This document shows, in pieces, positions 53,331 through 64,000 of a DNA stretch of 64,000 bases (the first letter of the stretch is position 1; every line of letters begins with the position of its first letter). Under the pieces are notes generated by a model, which saw only the letters and a program-made list of their open reading frames with translations, did not search any database and was not told the origin of the DNA. This stretch comes from Octopus sinensis. Its lineage: Eukaryota. A program made the translations under genes and the position numbers. Where the stretch lies: the NCBI RefSeq assembly GCF_006345805.1, contig NC_042997.1, positions 2,728,001 to 2,792,000 on the forward strand. The letters are read 5' to 3'.

Positions 53331-56071
53331 TTGTCATGGGAGTATATTTCCAGACAGTAATGCCGAAGGGACATAGTGTCAAATATCAATGGATCTATCG
53401 CTTTGCTTTCATTGCAGAGGAATATCATAAGAAAAATATGAATGATGGGCAGTGACAGATTAAACTATAAAATATAGAGTCGTAACTTTTAGTAAAATGT
53501 TTAATAAACAGATATGATGTTATTTAACATTAGTATTATACTCCACCATCATCAAATTAAGCCTCAATTTTTTTTCGAATAAAAAGACTCTCTTATCCCA
53601 TTCCAGATACATCCCAGATGCGATGTTTATTTCCCCCGAAAAATCGAAGTGCTTCAGCTGTGATACTTGATGACAGACCAATAACCAGTAGCATGATATT
53701 ATGCTCCAGTGTATAAGTAAATCAGGGATGAATCGAAATATATAACCAGGTTCGGCCGACTAGATATTCAATCATTTGAATTAGTATCATGTAATGGATA
53801 TTGCCCAGATCACAGCAAACTATCATATTTGAATGGCATTTGCTAAAAGGATAATTGGAAGGTGTATTTGATGAACAAGTATACATGTAACAAAGAAGGC
53901 TAATATAGTCTTATTACTAGATTATTTTCAAGGATTATCCAACTACATGCCTAAAACTTACCTTAGCAAATTAATTACAAAAAAACTTTCAGTAAACGAT
54001 GTGTATTTCTCACACAATAATTACTAAATTACATATCACCCATATTTATTCTCTTTTAGTCTCTGGTCATTATCCTCAAACAAATGGATAATCGAAAGCA
54101 AATTCCTTTCCATGAATCTAAGTGGAGTGATGGATATAATTTCTCTAACGAAGAGCGAGTACTACTATTCGTGGAACTTACCAGAACTGACAATGAAGTA
54201 AAACAACTTGACGTAATTACACAACGGAACAAACGAATCATGGGATTTATTATTAATATATGGTCTAATATTCGGAACTATCTACGTATGTTACTCATCA
54301 AGTTAAAAAATCTTATAATGCCATGTCACTTCTGATTTTCGGTTGCAGTGCCACCATAACAACACAATACAAACTATCATTCCACGTCTTTTTGCTTCTG
54401 CAATTGCTTTTGGGTCCAAATATTGTCCGATGATATCTACCAATAAATATTCACTCAAAATGAATGCGATGAATGTGATTTCACACGCGCAGGCTCTTCA
54501 TGCTTACTTAATCTCAACAAACCGAGTGATATATAAATATATAAATTTAACATTATCTTTATACAACTCTCCACAATTATGAACGAAATATAGAATATAA
54601 AAATACAGTGCAGTGTGGTATTAACCTGTAGGTCGTCTTTATTACACATAAGAAAGAGAACATGATTAACGTACATATCCACCAGTGAAGTCAATCGAGG
54701 TTTGATACCATGCTTGTTAGAAGGAGCGCTGTAGATTGTTTTTCAAAGTAAAACTTGTAATGGATTAATTTCATAGAACACATCCGATCCAATACATAGA
54801 AATCGGATAAAGCACACAGGCGTTCAACTTGGATATTATTCTATGTCGGCATGATTTTTATGTCAACAGTGTATTTTACTATCTCAAGGGCAGCATTATT
54901 TATTCCACTGACGTACTCAAAGTGTGTGATGTAATACTATGCGTTAATCACTAGACCGAACGTGATAAAGGAGGCTTAGCAACAGATGATGCTCCCGATT
55001 ACCATTTCCTGTTTTATCTCTGAATGAAAGAATGTAAACAGAAATATATGTTATTGTAAATACGATGACAATAAATTCTATTGAACTTAATTGAATCGAA
55101 TCGAATGTGTAATGAAATGCTTTACACAATAAATGTTCCTGAAGCAGATTTGAAATAATGACCTACTCTCTCACCCAATCAGCGTTTTTGTTTATGCTGG
55201 TTAATGAAGTTATAGATAGGAATATGGCCTTTTGTAACACATTCTTCGTGTTATACAGACAAGATTAATGTCAGTCACGAACTCGCTACATTTCCTGTTC
55301 AGCAATTTCTAACAATAGGATTTTTAGTTTGGTGGATGGTTTTAGCATTCACACTTCAACAAACTCACACGCACAGAAGCACGCACAGGTAAAAAGAATC
55401 ACAAACACAGAAGAGCTAATGTAACAACAAGACTAAAACTTAAAGCTGGTATGATATTCTCTATATTACTACAAGTAACACTGTCAAAACCTCAACATAA
55501 TTGATACGAAATATAACCATTCAGTATTAGTTACATTAATAGACTTAAATCTTTGATGATTTTAGCAAGTACAACGACACACTTTAACGCATTCACCAAA
55601 ATTCTGTTATTAAATACACGTCTTTGACATTTCACTAGTATCAATATCATAGATTTGCAAGCGTAAAAGAAAATATGAACCGAGGGCGTTATTAATTTCT
55701 ATAGATCAATCAATCTCTTATAAAAACAGAAGATAATAATTTGAATATTCCTTTTAATTTTTTTCCCATTTACATGGTAAAGACCTGCGTTCTTTAAGCT
55801 ATAAGAGAGAATGAAGAGAGCTATAAGAGAGAATCGTAAACTTTTCATCATCCTCATCATCACCATCATCCTCATGATCATCATGATCATGATCATGATC
55901 ATCATCATATATAAGTAATTATATGCACACACAGACACACATACATATTATACACAAAAATGTATTTCTGTGGATATAGATATGTGCGTGTGTATTTGTG
56001 TGATTGTGTGTGTGGTGGGGGGGACGGATGGTTATATGTGTAAACATATATATAATATATATATATATATA

Positions 56072-56440
56072 TTACTGTGCTGATGAGAAAAATGATCAGA
56101 ATAGAAGTGCTATTCTTGCATTTTTCATATCTATCTAATTTCGAAACGCGTGCACAGTTAATCTAATGTCGGGTGAATTTCGTTGTTTTCTTTCTCTGCC
56201 TACGTGATATTATTTGGAGCATATATTGCCTGGGAGTTGTTTCTCACAGTAGAATAAATAGCTAGATTTTTGGCTGCTATTTCTAAAGTTTGGTGTGTGG
56301 TGAAAGCAAATTTTTTTGCCTATCACTTATTATAAAAAATATTGTTTAAATTTACCGATAGCTGAAACTGGAAAAATCAAAATCAAAAATCAAAAACGGT
56401 CTTTTACATACCGAATCACTACTTGGTGGAATTATTAATT
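56072..56440 (+). mobile_element. PLE 3' end, family P5
   Basis: Starts directly after (TA)n with a hammerhead scaffold, followed by a T-rich tail. Confidence 0.55.
56074..56158 (+). ncRNA. Type I hammerhead scaffold with long stem II insert and G at the cleavage position
   Basis: ACTGTG-CTGATGA-GAAA..(48 nt)..TTTC-GAAA-CGCGT-G-CACAGT. 6-bp stem I and palindromic ACGCGT. Confidence 0.6.
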
Positions 56441-56494
56441 ATTAATTAATTAATTAATTAATTTTACCTTTATTATTATTATTATTATTATATT

Positions 56495-56647
<153 letters not shown>

Positions 56648-56884
56648 CTCTTATATGTAACTACAATACCATTTATTTAGATTTTGTTATTTACTTCCTT
56701 ACACATATCCGGCGGATTATCTTTCGTAGTAGTAATGCTTTCCTCCACATGTATGATTACATAATTTTCACTTCATATTCAAGGCACCCTTAAGGTATTA
56801 CTTAAGCTCTTGTAGCAAAAAAAAAAAATGCTGGGATCAAATGAATTTCATACTTACAATATTATTATTATTATTATTATTATT

Positions 56885-57105
56885 CAGTAGTATATTTTTA
56901 TAGCGTGCTTTCACTTCACTACCCAGTGCAGCTCTGTGTGCAATGGGTATGTGCTGTGATTTGTTGTGATGCTCTGATGGTTACTGTATGGAATGTGTTC
57001 TGCGTAGGATGTGTGCAATGCCTAGTAGTGCAATTTTCTGTATGTTATTTGTGTTTGTAGGTCCTGGTGTTTTTGTTATGTATTTGTCTGTTTATTTTAT
57101 GATTA
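56885..57105 (-). mobile_element. R4/Dong-like extreme 3' end
   Basis: Minus strand NIQKIALLGIAHILRR plus 3' UTR. (TAA)n on both sides in element orientation. Confidence 0.8.
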
Positions 57106-57141
57106 TTATTATTACTATTATTATCATCATCATCATCATCA

Positions 57142-57180
<39 letters not shown>

Positions 57181-57216
57181 TATTATTATTATCAATATTA
57201 TTATTATTATTATTAT
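57105..57216. repeat. (ATT)n/(ATC)n array
   Basis: Directly visible. Confidence 0.9.
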
Positions 57217-57340
57217 AAGGCAGTAACCTGGCAGTACCCCGGGCGAAATACTTAGAGGTATTTCATCAGTCGCTACGTCCTTAGTTTAAATTCCTCCGCA
57301 GTCGACTTTATGTTTGATCCTTTCGGGGTCGACAAATTCA
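57217..57340 (+). mobile_element. SINE family C 5' part
   Basis: GTTTAAATTCCTCCGCAGTCGACTTT..TCCTTTCGGGGTCGAC. Confidence 0.6.
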
Positions 57341-57557
57341 GTACTTCTGATTATCTCCCATGGAAGCACGCTTTTGGTTTCCATGTAAGCTATCGTGACA
57401 TTGCTGTTTCCAAAGTTTTATTAGCGTTTCTGTGCTATTAATTTTACTCGCGTCTCTTAGTAGAGACTGGCGCATAATAAAATCAATTTGCATAAACAAA
57501 CGGCAGCGAAACCGTTTAGAAATTAAATAACACTAACATATTATTAACACTAACATA

Positions 57558-57970
57558 GGCGCAGGAGTGGCTGTGTGGTAAGTAGCTTGCTAACCAGCCA
57601 CATGGTTCCAGGTTCAGTCCCACTGCGTGGCATGTTGGGCAAGTGTCTTCTGTTATAGCCCCGGGCCGACCAATGCCTTGTGAGTGGATTTAGTAGACGG
57701 AAACTGAAAAAAGCCTGTCGTATATATGTATATATATATATATGTATGTGTGTGTGTTTGTGGGTCTGTGTTTGTTCCCCTAGCATTGCTTGACAACTGA
57801 TGCTGGTGTGTTTATGTCCCCGTCACTTAGCGGTTCGGCAAAAAGAGACCGATAGAATAAGTACTGGGCTTACAAAGAATAAGTCCCGAGGTCGATTTGC
57901 TCGACTAAAGGCGGTGCTCCAGCATGGCCGCAGTCAAATGACTGAAACAAGTAAAAGAAAAAAAAAGAAA
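57558..57970 (+). mobile_element. Full-length tRNA-derived SINE, family A
   Basis: A box TGGCTGTGTGG, B box GGTTCAGTCCC, internal TA/TG tract, A-rich tail; several partial copies in the window. Confidence 0.92.
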
Positions 57971-58089
57971 AAAAGATATCCATAAGCAATAATAAATTTA
58001 ATTTACCCTCGACAATTTTTAGTTTTACTAATTTTGAATATATTGCTGCTGTTTAAAACCTCTTACTTATTTGACACTTTCATGTCTAA

Positions 58090-58400
58090 CTCTGCCTTGA
58101 AAAAGCTCTACGTCTTGGACTCACATTCATTGTGCGCAACGATGTTGTTAAAACTCCGTTAACAGCACCGTATACAGGTCCTTTCCATTTTCTTTCACGC
58201 CCGGATAAATTTTTCGTTATATACCTTAATGGTCGTAAAGAGATTATATCAGTGGATAGACTAAAAAAAGGCCTTCGTAGAGAGAGCTGTCCCTATTCCC
58301 ACTGCAGACGACACACATAGTATTACAAGCATGGCTAGCACACCCACCTTCACATCCAATAAATATTATTACGATCAATTCCTTACTGGACACGGTTTCT
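58090..58400 (+). mobile_element. Ty3/Gypsy integrase C-terminal (GPY/F) fragment
   Basis: VRNDVVKTPLTAPYTGPFHFLSRPDKFFVIYLNGRKEIISVDRLK matches the P.Y.GP[FY]...SIDRLK pattern. No LTR seen. Confidence 0.75.
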
Positions 58401-58639
58401 GGATTATTTTACCACTTTTTTACTTAATTTTTGAGAACGGTCGGATTCATTTTTAGTATTTTCGTTTGTGAGAGCAGTCAAGATTATTTCAGATATTCTC
58501 ATTTTAAAAACCATCTCCGGCTAATCATTGAAGAGACGCTGGGGTTTGCGCTCTCATCATCGTTATTATTATTATCATCATTATCCTCATCATCATTACC
58601 ATCATCATCATTATCACCATACTCATTATTACTTTGGTT

Positions 58640-58935
58640 TTGTACATCTTAATAGATTAGATATTAAACGGTCTGGACATTTCGGTTTGGGAGAAGTCAA
58701 CAACAGTTTGACAAATGTCCCTTACTGCTTTCTCTCCTGCGGCTCTAATAGGCAAGACTTCCTTTAACATATTTCCTGTGCCAAGAGGGGCTGTCTTTTT
58801 GATGACTTGTAACCTTGCATGAATTCCGACGTTAATTACACAGCCCTTAAAACTGTCCAATATATATTCCAATGCACCGATTCCCGCTTGACTCACAAGA
58901 ACGTTTATCATTCTCTACAACTTTCCAACGAAATA
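58640..58935 (-). mobile_element. R4/Dong-like 3' end
   Basis: IGALEY...LQVIKKTAPLGTGNMLKEVL. Trinucleotide arrays at 58545-58630 and about 58940-58955. Confidence 0.65.
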
Positions 58936-59264
58936 TGAAATGATTATTATTATCAGTATTAGTGCAACAAACTAATGGAGATTCTAAACAATCTGCAAAA
59001 AGCATTTCGTCGAGTTCTTGGGTGGAAATAACAGAAGAAACTCTCTCCTAGAATTGATAAGTTTGTATCAAAAGTTGAAACCATTACTATTATTGCTATT
59101 ACTGAGTTGCATATTATCTATATTAATGTTGTGAGCTGGCTGAATTTTTAGCGCATTGCAGAAATTCTATAGCAGTAGTTCTATAAGATCTTTAAATTCT
59201 GGGATAAAATTCCGTTCATAATGACTTTATCTGTCATCCATAAGGGATCTCTAAAATGAAGTAC

Positions 59265-59335
59265 CTGTGAAGTAATAGGCTGATTCCTATCGATAAACAT
59301 CTTTCTCTCAAACACTGCTGGCCCTGTGCCTAAGT
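59265..59335 (-). CDS. Candidate 71-nt internal exon, unknown protein
   Basis: Acceptor aatctttcag| and donor CAG|gtactt. Single open frame (D)LGTGPAVFERKMFIDRNQPITSQ. Confidence 0.2.
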
Positions 59336-61295
59336 CTGAAAGATTATTAAACCGTCGTTGTAGCAAAATCTTGAACACGGCGTAACATTTTGTTTCCTAC
59401 AGCTCTTTATTTTATGGTTTACAATTCCGTTGATGATGACTTTGCCTTTCAACCAATGGAGGTTGATCAAATAAAGCAAAAGTTGCAAGTAGTGACTTCA
59501 ACATAATCACCCTACCTTCTCGCCTCAAAATTGCAGACTTTGCGCGAAAATTAGTAGCAATTGATTTATGCTATATATAGTTATAGAAACACAAACAAGC
59601 ACAACAAAACACACAACACTCACACATGTACATCTACACATGCACACAAACGAACAAACGTACACATATACATATACATACAAACGAACAAACACGCAAA
59701 CTTTGTCGAATACGTATATCTTGCGAAATAGCGTTAAATGTTCCAAAATTTGTGTTGTAAGCATTCTTCCTCATCCGTCTAATTCTATGTTGTATGCTTT
59801 AAATCCGAGTCCCTAGTGACAGGAAAACTTCCTCGACTAACGTAACATTAATCTCCATGCCTAATAAAAATGCAGTTTGAATTAAACTGAGCGATTTATT
59901 GGAGTAAGAAATTACATGCCAACTGTAATGGCCAGTATATTTTAGCGTAACAGGTTTTAGACTATGACTTTAGTTAACGCTTTTAAATATTGTTTGCTAA
60001 ATTTACATATCTGAATTTCGATATGATATTAGGTGTCAGTTCAATCATGAAAGCAGAGAGAACATTGTGTAATTAATGAATAATCAATCAAGTTAAACAT
60101 TTCATTTCACGTAATATCAATGCATTAAAATATTGGCAGATGTATTCCGACCAATAGTGTATTGTAACCCATTCTATCAGAAACTTACCAATAATAACTG
60201 GATTTAATATCAATGGTGTAACTATATGATAACATCTATCGCGTGTGAAATATTAGATATAACATTATTATTTCAGTATGTTCCTTTATATAACAAAACG
60301 AGACCTTTTTGAGAAAATTTAATATTATTAACTTCGATACAATAACTATTGATGAATTCGGACAAACGTATCAGGAAATATATATTATGAATGAACGTAT
60401 ACTGATATAGATATACGCGAAAATTAATGTTGAAATATAGTTCCATTAACACTTGCGTTCTCCTTGTATTGTACATATCTCTTTGATATGCAAACCTAAG
60501 TATTATATGACAATCTACAGAGCTAGATAATGTATCAGATTATAAGTAAATATTATTTCTTCTCTTTTTTCATATATCGATATACTGGCTACCTTCATAT
60601 TGGCCTGAATATACCGCTATATTAATTTCTAGCTGTGTTCACGTGTATTATCCTTGCTGTATGATTGTTAAGGCATTAATTATGCTAACAGTCGTATTAT
60701 TTCGTAAACTCATCGAAGGAGAAATATTAAAGTGCATTCATGCGCTGCAAATTTTGTTATGAATCCTCAGAAGAATAGAATAAGCGTAAACGAAAGGGCT
60801 TAACATTGTATGAATTAAAGCGGAATAATACTAGAATTAGATTAAACTTAAGATATATTTTCCAATAGGAAACATCAAACTAAGACAAAGTAAATTATCT
60901 TCGAAGATTAATTTAATTTTTTTTTCTGAGAATCTTTGATTCTCTGAAAGATGATGAGGTCTCATCGTTTTCAGGAAGATGATAATATGATACAAGTGAT
61001 ATAAATTTTCGCCAACACATCCTACTTATATTCACGTCATATTTACAATTATAGAGGAAACTGTTTTCCTTTTAATTTAGAGTGGTATTTCATTTATATA
61101 AAAGTGTGTTCAGAAAATTAAAGAAATATGATTAGAATTATGTGAAGTGGAAAAATTTCTAATAAGTTTTACATCAAAATAAGTATTACTAACAATTTTC
61201 TTTTTGTAATGTATAGCTAATGTTTATGCAGACAGAGAAGACTGCGACCTTCTGAGAAATTTCTCTCTGTCTCTGTCTGATTCTTTATCTTTATA

Positions 61296-61357
<62 letters not shown>

Positions 61358-61390
61358 TATGTGTGTATGTGAAAGAGAGTGCATGTGTGC

Positions 61391-61430
<40 letters not shown>

Positions 61431-61599
61431 TGAATTTTATAGTAAGGTATATGGTAAACTTTGACAGCTCCTTATTTGGCGCCATTATACTTTGACAGTC
61501 TTTATTTTTTGTTAGACTGCTGACTCATCTATTTCTTTATTCTAACCCAATTTGCACTTTATAAGGTATTTATAAATCATTCTTTGCTATTTTTGTTTA

Positions 61600-62240
61600 G
61601 AGATGGATATGACGGAAATTCTTACAGTTTTGAAATATGAGTTCTTTCTTGCAAATACAGCATCACAGACAGCGCGGAATATTAATGGAGTAGTTAATTC
61701 TAATGTTATTACACAACAGACAGTATCAGAATTTTGTCCTGATAACTTGCCCCTCACAAATGAGCAACGCAATCGACCAGAATCAAAGGTGGATAGTGAC
61801 GAACTGAAAGCCACCGTCGAGTCAGATCTATCTCAATGTGTACATGAATTATCGATGTCATTTGGTGGTTGCAAGCAAACAATATTGACTCACCTAGTTC
61901 AAATCGGTAAAATGAAAAGAGTTGGATAAATGGGTTCCAAATGACATCATTGAAAATCAGAAACAACAACGTTTGGAAGTCTGCATTATACTACTTTTTC
62001 GTCACAAAAATGAATCATTGTTTGCATCGAATTATAACATGTGATGACAAATGGGTTCTATACAACAACCGCAACCGTTCAGCACAGTGGTTGGACAAAG
62101 ACGAGTCACGAAAGCACAGTCCAAAATGAAAAAAATCATCAAAAGAAGACGATGGTGTGAGTTTGGTTGTCTGGCGAATGTGTTATCCATTATTATTTCA
62201 TTAAACTTGGCTCATCAATCATGGCCGCAGTATAGTGCAG
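61600..62240 (+). mobile_element. Mariner (Hsmar1/cecropia-like) transposase 5' two-thirds, decayed
   Basis: ILTVLKYEFF..ASQTARNIN, KWVP, RIITCDDKWVLYNNRNRSAQWLD; truncated before the second Asp. Confidence 0.85.
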
Positions 62241-63305
62241 CACACTATATAGTTACGGTCTTAATCATTATCGTTATACTTTATCACTAAGTTGCGGAAT
62301 AATATCACACATTGCTGGATATTACGCGCTATAAATGCAAGTGTTGACGCAAACCATAAGTCACACACACACGTACACACACTCCCACGCACGGACCCCC
62401 ATACAAACACAGAAACACAAGCACACACAAAACACAGTTACACATAGTAACACGCACCCCCACACAAGAAGACATACAGTTTAACCGGCAAATTGGAGTG
62501 AGGTTTCGGGAAATGGGCAGAATGATATGCGATCTCTTAAGAATCTATGTGATTTTATATGATATCGAGGACTGGAGAGCATTTCATCGTTCCTGGGCTG
62601 ATAAACGAACGTAGTAATGCAGAGTGGTCGATTAGCGTTATTTTTGCGCTTTTCATTCGTGTTTTCTGATATGCTCCAGTGAGAATTCAAGTTAAAATCT
62701 CATCCTATATCATCCAAGCGGAGCCAAGAATGAAAACGTTGTTTTCACCATATTCGAGTCGATCATCAAAGAATTACCTGTTCTAAATTACTCACCATAT
62801 TTATGGAAGGATTGCTATTGAACGAATGCGACCACACGAATTAGCTACGCAACAGTTTTAATCAGTTTAGTACAATAACAAATTGAACGATATCCTTTCG
62901 CTAATTAATATGATAATACGAAAATGTGTTTATATGCCGTTGCTACAACTAAAACTCGGAAATTTCATTGGCTTATCTATTGAATTAAACGTATACTTAA
63001 TGATATATGTGCCAACTGTGGAATTGTAACTGCTTGAAGTAAAATGATAATCAATCGCTCATTTCCAAGGTCAAGTGTTAGTCTGTATGGATCAATAGTG
63101 ATACGTTTCATGGATATATTAGTACTATTATCAAATGTTGCGAGAGCCTTATTGAAACACAACTCTGTAATATGATTATTTGTATGCACGATTTCCAGTG
63201 TGCATTAGAACAATCTAATGCTTATATCTAGTGTAAGAATGAAAATATATGTTTCATCGCATTTGTGCATGAACATACTGACTTGTTATAGTGCAAAATC
63301 TGTTA

Positions 63306-63369
<64 letters not shown>

Positions 63370-64000
63370 GTGTATAATTCCTTTCTCTTCTCTGTTTGTC
63401 TATTTCTTTGTATGTATACCTACGTACATACATACATTCACATGCACGAACACACAAATACATACCATACATACACAAACACACAAGCTCATTTATTTAG
63501 AGAGAGGGTACGGTGTAGTGCTAAAGAAGATTGTTAGAACTTTTATTATCAATGAGATCTATTGATACCTAATGGCTTATTTTTGATAGTTGATAGAATT
63601 GTCTATGAACCTAAAGAGGTACAGTAATATAAGGATTACTCTTAAATATTTTATTTTGGAGTATTTTCTATTCATTCACCTAAAAATATATTCATTAAAT
63701 ATTTCATAAGCAATATTATTAGTTTGTTTTGTGGAGTACCCTATCAAAATTCATGTATATACTGAATATATTTTTAAAATCCATTTTCGAAAAAAATGTG
63801 AGTACTAACTAAATACTATTTCTTTAAAATTCTATAGAGCAACATTGAACTTTTTATGTAATTTCCTTAAAGCATTACATTACCCGATTTCAGAATTGAT
63901 ACATACAGCATTTCCCACTGAAAATTCTAACTTCAATCACATCTAACTACGTGCACATCAGCTTTCAAATTTATTGTGAAACGGGCTGGTTGAACACGTC

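Noticed and set aside
54061-54105. SGHYPQTNG*SKAN, resembling the Gypsy integrase YHPQTNG motif
   Set aside because: An isolated short match with no supporting flanking similarity.
59403-59490. Plus-strand acceptor followed by LYFMVYNSVDDDFAFQPME
   Set aside because: No good donor site, and opposite in strand to the adjacent candidate exon.
60340-60372. TTGATGAATTCGGACAAACGT, a faint hammerhead echo
   Set aside because: Core broken at both halves and no stems.

Overview
A very AT-rich, microsatellite-saturated eukaryotic window with no recognisable intact host gene, rRNA, tRNA gene or CRISPR array. From recognition of the SINE families (not a database search) it looks like cephalopod, Octopus-type, intergenic or intronic DNA. 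Almost everything interpretable is transposon debris. This comprises about 10 Penelope-like (PLE) pieces, including a 1.85-kb RT plus GIY-YIG remnant; 5 R4/Dong-like 3' ends plus 1 possible RT-region remnant; 2 CR1-like RT fragments; an ORF1-only Tx1/L1-like element nested in a SINE; 3 mariner remnants, one with both TIRs; a Gypsy integrase scrap; and at least 3 tRNA-derived SINE families. Most ORFs in the supplied track are translations of simple repeats. The most interesting signals are (i) hammerhead-ribozyme motifs at the ends of several PLE families, some canonical and some with recurrent core variants, (ii) the ORF2-less Tx1-like element inserted with a target-site duplication between the A and B boxes of a SINE, and (iii) Dong-like 3' ends embedded in trinucleotide arrays. 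I found no evidence for a new multi-gene system. All alignments and folds were done by eye, and element boundaries are approximate unless a TSD or TIR is quoted.
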